From the NCBI GenBank assembly GCA_014762625.1, contig JABURQ010000208.1, positions 309 to 64,308 of the forward strand: a DNA stretch of 64,000 nucleotides, in the 5' to 3' direction. This document shows positions 50,757-59,817 of the stretch, in pieces. A program made the position numbers and the translations under genes. This DNA is from Planctomycetaceae bacterium. Its GTDB lineage: Bacteria > Planctomycetota > Planctomycetia > Planctomycetales > Planctomycetaceae. Position 1 is the first letter of the stretch. Every line of letters starts with the position of its first letter. Below the pieces are notes generated by a model. It made no database searches. It worked only from the letters and a program-made list of their open reading frames with translations, and was not told the origin of the DNA.

Positions 50757-50880
50757 TTTTCATGGGTCTCAAGAGATCCATCAGGCGTGTCCGATTTATG
50801 CCTTTAAGGACTGCAATGACATTCAGGCATGGATGCCGAAACAAATAACATCGAGACATTCGCGAAAGCAGCACGCAATA

Positions 50881-52251
50881 ATGATGAAGCGAATCCCACT
50901 CATCGGCATCAAGGCACTGGTGGTTTGTTCGATTGCAACTGTGCTCTCTGCAGCCAGTGCACGACGTGAAACTCCGCTTGTGAAAGCCGTACGCAATTCA
51001 AAAACGGCCGTCGTCAATATCCATAGTGAGAAAACATCCTACTCTAGCGACACAGTATTCCAAAGCTCAAAAGGTCGCAAGGTGAACGGGATGGGGACCG
51101 GTGTGGTTATCGATGAACGGGGCTACATTGTGACGAATCACCACGTTGTCGATGGCGTGGATCTGTTGCGTGTGACATTGGTTGATGGAAGTACTTACGA
51201 GGCGAGTGTCGTCTCTTATGATCGGAAACATGATCTTGCCATCATTAAGATTAAACCTAGCGAACCTCTGACAGTGATGAGTATAGGGACTTCTTCTGAT
51301 TTGATGTTGGGGGAAACCGTCTTTGCGGTTGGGAATGCCTTTGGGTATGAGCATACCGTTACATCTGGGATTGTCAGTTCATTGTCAAGAGATGTCGAAG
51401 TCAACGATACGCAATCCTATTATAATCTGATCCAGACTGACGCGAGCATCAATCCTGGTAATAGCGGCGGACCGTTGCTGAATCTGGATGGTGAGGTTGT
51501 GGGTATCAATGTGGCAATTCGCGCCGGTGCTCAACGGATCGGATTTGCAATACCGATAGATCAGGCGAGAGAAGTGATCGCCGAGTTGATCAGTGTCAAT
51601 GAAATCAATCAAACGCATCATGGGTTGGTTTCACAGGATATCAAGACTCCTAACGAGAAAAAACTTATCGTTCAGGGGGCTGAAACGGACAGCCCGGCTG
51701 AAAAAGCAGGGTTTAAAGAGGGAGATGTGATTCTTTCCGTTGGGGATGTGAGCGTTGCCGATCGAGTAGATTTTGAGCGTGCTCTACTCGATAAAAAACC
51801 GGGCGACATGATTGAGGTTAAATATAAACGTGAAGAAGAGGAAATCGTTACGAATCTGGAAGTCGGGAAGTACGATCCTTCTCAGGTGGTGAGAGTGAAT
51901 GGTGATCAAGTCATTTCGCGACGGTCTGACAAAAAAACCTCCACGACTCTGGCAGAAAGAATCTGGGACGAACTTGGGGTAAGAGTCACACCGTTACCAG
52001 ATAACCAAACAGTCACCCAGGGGACTATTTACGAAGGTGGTATGCGGGTGACATCCATTCGTGCAGGCGGGCCTGCTTCCCGAGGGGGTATTCAACCTGG
52101 TGATGTGATCGTTGGTTTGCATCGTTGGGCAACAGTGACGACCGAAAATATTGAATATGTTCTCGACCAAAGAGATACGCTGAAAGATGATTCCCTGAAA
52201 TTCTTCATTCTCAGAGGCCGACAACCTTTGCATGGTAAGCTTGAATTCTAA
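50881..52251 (+). CDS. HtrA/DegP-family serine protease with PDZ domains
   Basis: Signal sequence from MMKRIPLIG, the catalytic triad context (TNHHVV, D, GNSGGPL), and two PDZ-like C-terminal domains. Confidence 0.85.
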   Translation: MMKRIPLIGIKALVVCSIATVLSAASARRETPLVKAVRNSKTAVVNIHSEKTSYSSDTVFQSSKGRKVNGMGTGVVIDERGYIVTNHHVVDGVDLLRVTLVDGSTYEASVVSYDRKHDLAIIKIKPSEPLTVMSIGTSSDLMLGETVFAVGNAFGYEHTVTSGIVSSLSRDVEVNDTQSYYNLIQTDASINPGNSGGPLLNLDGEVVGINVAIRAGAQRIGFAIPIDQAREVIAELISVNEINQTHHGLVSQDIKTPNEKKLIVQGAETDSPAEKAGFKEGDVILSVGDVSVADRVDFERALLDKKPGDMIEVKYKREEEEIVTNLEVGKYDPSQVVRVNGDQVISRRSDKKTSTTLAERIWDELGVRVTPLPDNQTVTQGTIYEGGMRVTSIRAGGPASRGGIQPGDVIVGLHRWATVTTENIEYVLDQRDTLKDDSLKFFILRGRQPLHGKLEF

Positions 52252-52337
52252 ATCTCTTATTCTGTTGGGGTGAATATGACGTCGGTTGTTCATAGATTGT
52301 ATTCCAACTGACACTGGGGGGCTCGTAAAAGAACGAT

Positions 52338-53252
52338 ATGTCCCACGAATTCGAATTCATTCACAGTCTCCAACAGAATCTCAATTACATTCGTGCTGAT
52401 ATTGATTTGGGTATCGGTGATGATTGTGCGGTCTGGAAAGTTGGTGACCAGAAGGTACTCCTGGCATCTGATCTACTGGTCGAGGGCGTTCACTTCAATC
52501 TTAATGATATTTCTTATGAACAGGTTGGACGGAAGGCTCTCGCCGTCAATCTCAGTGATATCGCTGCTATGGCGGGGACGCCATGTACCGCCCTAGTCTC
52601 ACTTGCCATTCCTACTGAGACTTCAAAAAAACAAGTTGAAGAGCTCATGAGAGGCATGCTCTCTCTAGGCCATCATTATGGAACCGACATCGTTGGAGGA
52701 GATACGACTTCGCATAACGGACCGTTGATGGTTAATGTTGCAATGACAGGTTTGATATCACGTGAACCTGTAAAGCGTTCCGGGGCCAAGCAAGGAGATA
52801 TCATTTTCGTCACAGGACCACTTGGTGGGTCGATTACTCAACATCACTGGTCGTTTACACCTAGGATTCATGAAGCCGCAGAACTTTCTGAGCTCGCTTG
52901 CCTCAATTCGATGATCGACCTCTCAGACGGTTTAGCATCCGATATTCGTCACATCGTTCATGCAAGCAATGTTGGTTGCGTACTGGATGCTCAGAAAATT
53001 CCGATATCGGATTCCGTTGAGCAGTCACTGTCCTTTGAACAACGTTTGTTTCATGCGCTCAGTGATGGTGAAGATTTCGAACTGTTGATGACTGTATCAG
53101 AGGATGAAGCAAAAAAGTTACGTTCTCAGACCAGAATCAAGCTTTTTGAGGTTGGTGTTATGCAAGGTGATCCCAATTCAATTCTTATGCGTTACTCAGA
53201 TGATACCCTGAAGGAGGTTTCGGATTCCGGATGGAAACACAAGTTTCAGTGA
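52338..53252 (+). CDS. thiL: Thiamine-monophosphate kinase
   Basis: 304 aa with an AIR-synthase-like fold. GDDCAVW, LLASDLLVEGVHF and NLSDIAAMG match ThiL. Confidence 0.85.
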   Translation: MSHEFEFIHSLQQNLNYIRADIDLGIGDDCAVWKVGDQKVLLASDLLVEGVHFNLNDISYEQVGRKALAVNLSDIAAMAGTPCTALVSLAIPTETSKKQVEELMRGMLSLGHHYGTDIVGGDTTSHNGPLMVNVAMTGLISREPVKRSGAKQGDIIFVTGPLGGSITQHHWSFTPRIHEAAELSELACLNSMIDLSDGLASDIRHIVHASNVGCVLDAQKIPISDSVEQSLSFEQRLFHALSDGEDFELLMTVSEDEAKKLRSQTRIKLFEVGVMQGDPNSILMRYSDDTLKEVSDSGWKHKFQ

Positions 53253-53253
53253 A

Positions 53254-54621
53254 TCACATTGAACTGGTTGACTTCTTGGCCATTTGATGAGCTTCACTTC
53301 TTTCGCGCATCATCGGTTCCATCTCTTTGAAAATTTCATCGACACCATCTTTGAAGACATCCCCAATCAAAATGTCGACCATGTTGGATTTGTATTGCGG
53401 ATACTTTTTCAGAAACTCTCCAAAACTGAAACCTGGTGTGTAGAAGGCGTAGACCAGACGACGAAAGTTTTCCACGCCTCGATTGTAGGTCTCTCGCCAA
53501 CCTCCCAACTGCTCGGCAGATAAGTCATCGTTTCGAAAACCTCCGACGATCGCATCGGCAGCAAATTCTCCAGACTTAAGTGCCAGGAAAACACCTGTGG
53601 AGTAACAGGGATCGATGAAACCTCCAGCATCACCGACGAGAACCCATCCCGGACCGGCGGGGCAAGTCGCTTTATAGGAATAATCTTTCGTGACGAAGAA
53701 CTTTTCGCACTGTTCGGCGTTCATGATGCGTCTTTTCAAAGCGGGACAACGTTCCACTTCCTGTGCGAATACTTCTTCCGTAGTTCCCCGTGATTTATCA
53801 AACAGGTACTGCATGTCGCCCGTGCATCCGATGCTCACAACATCATCGCTCAGGGGAATGTACCAGAACCAGGACTTCTTACCTTCCGTTTGCAAGATGA
53901 TGGTGGCCCCTGCATCTCGTCCTGAGTCTCGTAATGCACCTTTGTAATATGTCCATATCGACCCTTTTTTCAGACAGGGATCGGTATCTTTCAGGCCAAG
54001 CCGGTTGACGAGAAATGCGGATTGGCCGGTTGAGTCAACCACAACCCGTGATGAAATTTCACGGTGGGGAACGTCTGATTCCGTAGCGAGTTTGGCTTTG
54101 ACTCCCGTCGCTTGATCGCCATCGAACAAGACTTCAGTCACGGAAGCATCTGACCGAAAAACAGTTCCTTTTTTTACGGCCTGATCGGTGAGCATCTTGT
54201 CGAATGTTCCGCGCTCCACCTGCCAGGTAACGGAGCATTCGTGAGGGTTGTAATCTTCGAAATAAAAAGGGGCAGACTCTTTGTGTCCCTCTGAGACGAA
54301 TTGGACGGAGTGTTTTCTGGGAAAGTTGCTTTTTTTCAGTTCATCAAGCAGGCCAATTCGTTTCAGCGTCCAATAGGTTTCAGGGATGAGTGATTCCCCA
54401 ACGTGAAAGCGTGGAAATTCGGAACGATCGAGAAGCAGGACGGAATATCCTGCTTCAGCGATGATCGAAGCCGCCACGGATCCTCCCGGACCTGCTCCCA
54501 TCACGATGACATCGTATTGATCTTTGAGTTCAGGCTGAGGGCCGTAATCGATATCCGCCGTTGTAATCATGAGACATCCGTATTTGATTAAGTACCTAAG
54601 CGCAGCTTCCTTTTGGCCCAT
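53254..54621 (-). CDS. FAD-dependent enzyme with flavin-dependent-halogenase motif set (alternatively geranylgeranyl-reductase-like)
   Basis: GAGPGG (GxGxxG), FPRFHVGESLIP, FPRK (candidate catalytic Lys) and SWFWYIPLSDD (WxWxIP). An alternative start at 54570 (MITTADID) is possible. Confidence 0.55.
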   Translation of the reverse strand: MGQKEAALRYLIKYGCLMITTADIDYGPQPELKDQYDVIVMGAGPGGSVAASIIAEAGYSVLLLDRSEFPRFHVGESLIPETYWTLKRIGLLDELKKSNFPRKHSVQFVSEGHKESAPFYFEDYNPHECSVTWQVERGTFDKMLTDQAVKKGTVFRSDASVTEVLFDGDQATGVKAKLATESDVPHREISSRVVVDSTGQSAFLVNRLGLKDTDPCLKKGSIWTYYKGALRDSGRDAGATIILQTEGKKSWFWYIPLSDDVVSIGCTGDMQYLFDKSRGTTEEVFAQEVERCPALKRRIMNAEQCEKFFVTKDYSYKATCPAGPGWVLVGDAGGFIDPCYSTGVFLALKSGEFAADAIVGGFRNDDLSAEQLGGWRETYNRGVENFRRLVYAFYTPGFSFGEFLKKYPQYKSNMVDILIGDVFKDGVDEIFKEMEPMMRERSEAHQMAKKSTSSM

Positions 54622-54653
54622 TCACCGTAGAATGTGCGAACTATTCACAATTT

Positions 54654-55190
54654 CTAGGTAAGTGGTCGAGAAATTTCCAACAAATCGACAGCCGGTTGAT
54701 GGTTACAGAAAATTGTCGCCAACCGACCGTAGGTTTCCGCGCCTTCCTCCATCTGTAGATGTTTGGCAAGTCCGGGGCCTGCTTCGATTCTGATGATTGC
54801 GCCTAAGTCAATATGCCTGAGCACGTTATGGTTAATCAGCACGCGTCCCAGCGGAATTTCCTCGCTGATGATCTCCTCTCGTACCTGGGGAGTAACGTAT
54901 TCAAAATTGAAACGGACGATTCCAAATTGGACGACCTCATTCGTCCCTTCCTTGGCCAGAATGATTTTCCGACAGTAGAAATCGTCGATCTCTTTGCGGT
55001 CAAGGACTTTCACCTCCACCGGGGAGTTGTGATAATCCTCCATCGTTACCGTCATATGATGTTCGTGAACGAGCATCCTTTTGTAAGGTTCGGGAGTCAG
55101 TGATGCCGGGCAATGCTCGGCTTTAGCAATCAACGGCTGTTCTTCCGGGAACAGGTCCGTCATAGCCTTCAGTTCAACCAGGGGATTCAC
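54654..55190 (-). CDS. Chorismate-lyase-fold protein (UbiC/DUF98-like)
   Basis: 178 aa. [37 protein letters not shown] and YGRLATIF...DLLEI line up by eye with the UbiC blocks (MTKRFE, REILL..DG, PLGRYL, GRRS...LLTE). Confidence 0.55.
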   Translation of the reverse strand: MNPLVELKAMTDLFPEEQPLIAKAEHCPASLTPEPYKRMLVHEHHMTVTMEDYHNSPVEVKVLDRKEIDDFYCRKIILAKEGTNEVVQFGIVRFNFEYVTPQVREEIISEEIPLGRVLINHNVLRHIDLGAIIRIEAGPGLAKHLQMEEGAETYGRLATIFCNHQPAVDLLEISRPLT

Positions 55191-55250
55191 GAATTCATCG
55201 TCCTCAGGGGCAGGTCAGGTGAGTGGTGGGAAGGAGAGCGTCGCGACTAA

Positions 55251-56573
55251 TCAGGTGTATCGAACTGCTCGGTGCTGCTCCTCAAAATATTCGGGAAGCA
55301 AACTATCAGCTTGGAGCAATCCTCGGCGGGTCAGGTTGATCTGATCGCCTTCAACTGTCAAATACCCAGCCTTTTGTTGATTGGCAAGCGGAACCGAAAA
55401 CTCATCGAGGACATCCACTCCAAATTTCTGGCGAAAATCGGCGGCGTCGATGTGACCTTCCTTGAGTTGCAAAACAAATTCCCGGATCAAGATCTGGTGA
55501 GAGGTCGGTACCATCGCCCGATTGATGGGCAGTTCACCATTTTGGACGGTCGACATGTAATCTTCGATCTGGTCCAGATTCTGGTAGTGAACTCCCTGGA
55601 AGTGTCCGAAAGATGAGACACCGGTCGCCAGAAGATCTGATCCTCTAAAGAGATTGTCGCGGTAAACAAATTTGTCGGTCTCAAGGTCTTTAACCAGTTC
55701 ATTTCCGCTGGAGGGCTTATATCCTGCCTCAGCGAGTGTATCCATGGCTTCCGAGACCCACCGTCGCTTTGTGGGCCAGTCGGCGATCGGTGAAGTGATC
55801 CCTAGTTCCTTGATTTCCTTGGAAATTATAGTGTTGTGTGGAAGTTCCATTTGATAAATGGTGATGTTATCAGGATTGAGTTCTCTGGCCTTCGCGACGC
55901 ATTTCGCCCAGTTCTCATCGCTTTCTCCGATCATCCCGGCAATCAGGTCGATGTTAACCTGGGGAAAGCCGACGTCCTGGATCCACTCATAGGCTTTGAG
56001 GACCTCGGGAGAAAGATGGGCGCGACCATTTGCTTCAAGAATCGTATCATCGAAGTTTTCGATACCGAGTGAAACCCGGGTCACACCGATATCTTTAAGC
56101 GTTTTGACTTTGTCCAGACTTAGCGTGCCCGGTTCGCATTCGAAGGTGACCTCTTCCGCTTCGTCCCAAGTGACATATTCACTCATCCGTTCCCGAAGTG
56201 ATAACAGTTGCTTGGAGCTGAGATAAGAGGGAGTGCCTCCGCCGAAATAGACGAATTTGAGTTTGCGTCCGGAGACTCCTGCCTGCTCGGAAAGAATTTT
56301 GTTTTCCGCGATTAAAGCCTGGACATATTCCTCAATGGTCTTGGCGTTTTGTTGAATGTAAACGCGGAAATAACAGAACTTACACCGTTTGCGGCAAAAG
56401 GGAATGTGAATGTAAAGTCCCAACGGTCGTGTATCTTTCGGAGGATTCGCGAGGGCATCGATCGCCGCCGGAACCTGATCTTTTGACCATTGCGAAAATG
56501 GTGGGTAGTTGGAAATGAAATAGCTACCGACTTCCGTAGTAGTTGAAGTATCGGTCGCCATGGATGAACTCAC
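55251..56573 (-). CDS. HemN-like radical SAM enzyme (coproporphyrinogen-III oxidase family; possible class C methyltransferase)
   Basis: [17 protein letters not shown] (CxxxCxxC), YFGGGTPS, and a HemN-type C-terminal domain. 440 aa. Confidence 0.8.
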   Translation of the reverse strand: MSSSMATDTSTTTEVGSYFISNYPPFSQWSKDQVPAAIDALANPPKDTRPLGLYIHIPFCRKRCKFCYFRVYIQQNAKTIEEYVQALIAENKILSEQAGVSGRKLKFVYFGGGTPSYLSSKQLLSLRERMSEYVTWDEAEEVTFECEPGTLSLDKVKTLKDIGVTRVSLGIENFDDTILEANGRAHLSPEVLKAYEWIQDVGFPQVNIDLIAGMIGESDENWAKCVAKARELNPDNITIYQMELPHNTIISKEIKELGITSPIADWPTKRRWVSEAMDTLAEAGYKPSSGNELVKDLETDKFVYRDNLFRGSDLLATGVSSFGHFQGVHYQNLDQIEDYMSTVQNGELPINRAMVPTSHQILIREFVLQLKEGHIDAADFRQKFGVDVLDEFSVPLANQQKAGYLTVEGDQINLTRRGLLQADSLLPEYFEEQHRAVRYT

Positions 56574-56670
56574 TTTCGTTATTTGTATGATTTACTTTTA
56601 GAGTCTGTCTTCAAATTCCATTTTGGCTACGAATGGCGAGCCAGTCACCCGCTTTTCGTTGGCCTGCATC

Positions 56671-56700
56671 GTCGAATCTAGGGGATTCGACTGTTTCGAC
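56671..56700. promoter_or_regulatory. Perfect palindrome plus an extra half-site upstream of the radical SAM operon
   Basis: GTCGAATC-TAGGG-GATTCGAC (56671-56691) is followed by a third half-site GTTTCGAC (56693-56700). It is about 100-125 nt upstream of the radical SAM ATG. Confidence 0.35.
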
Positions 56701-56761
56701 CGCCTTAATCGGGCAACAGTTCGCTCATTCTCGCCTCGAAAAGCGAATTAGAAAACACGCT

Positions 56762-57952
56762 CTAAGGTGATTTTTGACCAAAACAGTATATCTTGCCGCG
56801 GTTACCTTCAGCTCCCACGACCAGGACTTTTTCACCGATCGCGGGGCCCGCGGTAATATCGCGTCCCGCATTATGCTTGAAGATTTCTTTACCGCTTTTC
56901 AGATCTACACCATACAGGTTTCCATCCGAAGATCCAAAAAAGACTCGATCATCGACAATTGCGGGTGAGCTGTCGATTCCCGCCCGCGTGCGGAATTTCC
57001 AGATCTCTTGACCAGTCAGTCGGTCGAGACAGTGCAGCTCTTTATCTCGGCCCCCGACAACCAGAAATTTTTCCGTGATGGCAGCGGAACTGTGATATGG
57101 AAATTCCTCATCTCCATCCTGGTAGGTCCAGATAAATTCAGTTTTCTTCCAGTTGAGAGCGACCACTTTGCTGGTGTAAGTGCCGACGTACAACGTGTCG
57201 TCCCACAAAGCCGGGGAGGCAATCAGAAATGAGTTCAGGGGGACATCGGCGATCTGTTTCCCTTCGTCGAGGGAAATGACTCTCAAGTGTTCGTCGCAAC
57301 CTGAGATAAAGGTGTGTCCGTCGGCAATGGCCGGAGCGCAGTTCACGCGATCCTGAGTCTGAAATTTCCAGACCAGATTGCCATCCGACAATTTGACACA
57401 GTAGAGGTAACTGTCATGAGAACCAAAGATGATTCGATCACCTGCGAGATTTGCCCCACCTGCAATTTCTGCTTCGGATTCGAAGGTCCAGACCTTCTTC
57501 CCCGTTTTGCGATCCACGGCATGCAGAACGCCATCTTCATCGCCACAGATCACCAGTTGTTCGGTGACCAGCGGAGCCGCTTTGAAGCCGGGGGCGAAGT
57601 CTTTGGGGTTGTTACTTTCGATCGAGCGGTGCTTCCAGATGAGGCTCCCGTTTATTCTGTTCAGACAGAGCAAATAACCGTCAATCACGGGGACGTAAAC
57701 GTGGTCGCCGACGATTGCTGCCGTGCCGCTCACACCAAATTCGGTTTCGTACGTCCAGAGAAGCTCTAATTTTTGAGCGAGTTCGGTATCGGCAGTGCCG
57801 CGTTGCTGCTGACCGTTTCGGAAAGACACCCAGCTTGTTTGACTGGGACCGGTGACGCTCACAGCCTGCTTCGTCGTCGAGTCATCCGCCAGTGAGGATG
57901 AGTGAAGTACGGCGGTGAGGAAACAGACAATCAGCAACCTGGTGAGAATCAT
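56762..57952 (-). CDS. Secreted PQQ-like/BamB-like beta-propeller repeat protein
   Basis: Signal peptide, then repeated blade motifs (G.LY.....G.L.A.D..TG...W). The start MILTRLL forms an ATGA overlap with the ADH stop; an alternative start lies at 57964. Confidence 0.7.
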   Translation of the reverse strand: MILTRLLIVCFLTAVLHSSSLADDSTTKQAVSVTGPSQTSWVSFRNGQQQRGTADTELAQKLELLWTYETEFGVSGTAAIVGDHVYVPVIDGYLLCLNRINGSLIWKHRSIESNNPKDFAPGFKAAPLVTEQLVICGDEDGVLHAVDRKTGKKVWTFESEAEIAGGANLAGDRIIFGSHDSYLYCVKLSDGNLVWKFQTQDRVNCAPAIADGHTFISGCDEHLRVISLDEGKQIADVPLNSFLIASPALWDDTLYVGTYTSKVVALNWKKTEFIWTYQDGDEEFPYHSSAAITEKFLVVGGRDKELHCLDRLTGQEIWKFRTRAGIDSSPAIVDDRVFFGSSDGNLYGVDLKSGKEIFKHNAGRDITAGPAIGEKVLVVGAEGNRGKIYCFGQKSP

Positions 57953-59130
57953 TCGATCGCGCATCGGTAGAGCTCCTCAAAATCAGGGGCGGTGATTTCA
58001 CGGGGATTAAACTGTGCGGTCCATTGCTGAGCTGCTTCTCGAGCCAATTTAGGAATCAAGTCTTCATCGACGTGGCAGGATTTCAATGTCGTCGGACTTC
58101 CGCTGGAATCAATGAGTTGCACGATATAATCGGCCAACTTAAGCGAAGCTTCGGGATCATCTTTATCGCATACTTCCGCAATTTCTGCCAATTCTCCGTA
58201 CCATTTCCCGGCTACAGGAGCGTTAAAACGGATGACGTGTGGGAGCATAACACCGACTGCAATCCCGTGAGTTGTGCCAAAATGAGCGGAGAGAGGATTG
58301 GCACAGGAGTGAGCGGCTCCCAGCATCGAATTTTCGATGGCAGCTCCTGCGTAGTACGCCCCAAGCTGCATGCGTCCTCGTGCCTCAACATCGTCTGATT
58401 TTTTGAAGATTTCAGCGAAACCCGAATGGAGAAGCTTCCAGGATTCAGCCGCGAACAAGCAGGAGATCGGAGTGCGACGGTTGGTCACGTAACTTTCCAC
58501 CGCATGTGTGATCGCGTCGATTCCCGTATTCGCCGTGACAGAAACCGGCATACTCACTGTCAGTTTCGGATCGAGGATAGCCACTTTGCAGGCTGCTTTT
58601 TTGTCTCCGCACGCCATTTTCATGTGGGTATCGGCGTTGGCGATGAGCGCAAAAGATTGTGCTTCGCTCCCCGTCCCTGCGGTCGTGGGGATGGCGATCA
58701 GTGGTAGCATCGGTTTTTTAGCCTTACCGACTCCCCAGTAGTCCTCCATGCGGCCGCCATTCGTGTACAGAAAATTGATTCCCTTAGCACAATCGAGGCT
58801 GCTTCCTCCTCCAAATCCGATGATTTGATCGATCCCAATTTCATGCGCCAAGGCGAGTCCCTTATCGACATCATCCGTGGTTGGATTGGGACGAACTTCA
58901 TCGAAGATCGTGACTGAGATTCCCCGATCTTCGATCAGCTCTCTGGCATGATCGACTTGGCCCGTTGCTCGAAGTCCTTTGTCGGTGACGATCAGAGCAT
59001 TTGTCCCGCCAACTTCATGGCTGATTTTACCGATCAGTCCTAACGTCCCCGCTCCGTAAATGAGACGTGTTTTGGGTTGATAGTCGAACACCGGAGCGAG
59101 GGTGAATTGTGTGTCGGTAGGCGCACTCAT
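57949..59130 (-). CDS. Iron-containing (group III) alcohol dehydrogenase
   Basis: 393 aa. GFGGGSSLDCAKG, IAIPTTAGTGSE and His-rich metal-site segments (HAVESY, HGIAVG) are present. Confidence 0.85.
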   Translation of the reverse strand: MSAPTDTQFTLAPVFDYQPKTRLIYGAGTLGLIGKISHEVGGTNALIVTDKGLRATGQVDHARELIEDRGISVTIFDEVRPNPTTDDVDKGLALAHEIGIDQIIGFGGGSSLDCAKGINFLYTNGGRMEDYWGVGKAKKPMLPLIAIPTTAGTGSEAQSFALIANADTHMKMACGDKKAACKVAILDPKLTVSMPVSVTANTGIDAITHAVESYVTNRRTPISCLFAAESWKLLHSGFAEIFKKSDDVEARGRMQLGAYYAGAAIENSMLGAAHSCANPLSAHFGTTHGIAVGVMLPHVIRFNAPVAGKWYGELAEIAEVCDKDDPEASLKLADYIVQLIDSSGSPTTLKSCHVDEDLIPKLAREAAQQWTAQFNPREITAPDFEELYRCAIE

Positions 59131-59817
59131 TCAGACGTCCATTCTTTTGCGTTCGACAATGTCTGGGGCCGGTGGGCGATCATCGAGGCTGGAGCCCGGG
59201 GGATTCGACTGGAGCGGGCTGATCTCACAGTGAAATCAACAGAACCCGTAATTTCGGGAAATTCACCATCCGAGACACAAAAGGTGACTGCTGACAAGAA
59301 CTTAATTGTACTCATCCCATCTCCACGGATCAAATACCGGATTGCCGAATTCATCAGGAATAAACACCTGACGGACGAGTCGGTTCCGCTCTAAAGTCCT
59401 TGCCAGCAATAATATAGGTGATCCGCAGCAGGCATCAGAAGTGCTTATTGCTCTAGTTCCGAAGTTCATCCCCATTTTGGAAGTGAAAAAGAATTTTCTT
59501 GCGAAAGCGATCATGGATTCTTAACCTTGAGAAACTAATCACGGTCATTCGACCCGTCGATCAGAGATCGCGAGTTGTCGTTCAGACTTCTCTTTAAATC
59601 ATAGATTCTCGTCTTACAAGCTATCACAAAACGACCCTGTCGAGTTCGAACGCACGATCTGCTCGACAATCTACCAGACTGTTCTGGGAAGAGATTCCAC
59701 GTGCGATAGTGATTCGTCTCATAAAAGTGATTTGAGTAGTACCGCATCTTGTTCATCGGAAGTTTGAAAGAGGCCAACCCGAACAAAGCTATATCCCCAA
59801 GGAATAGGAGAATCGTT

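Noticed and set aside
52252-52337. Possible TPP riboswitch upstream of thiL; likewise a glutamine (glnA-motif) riboswitch in the glnII leader (6002-6157)
   Set aside because: By eye I could not find the conserved TPP core (CUGAGA ... ACCUGAUCUGGAUAAUGCCAGCG-like) or the glnA-motif core. The thiL leader is also too short.
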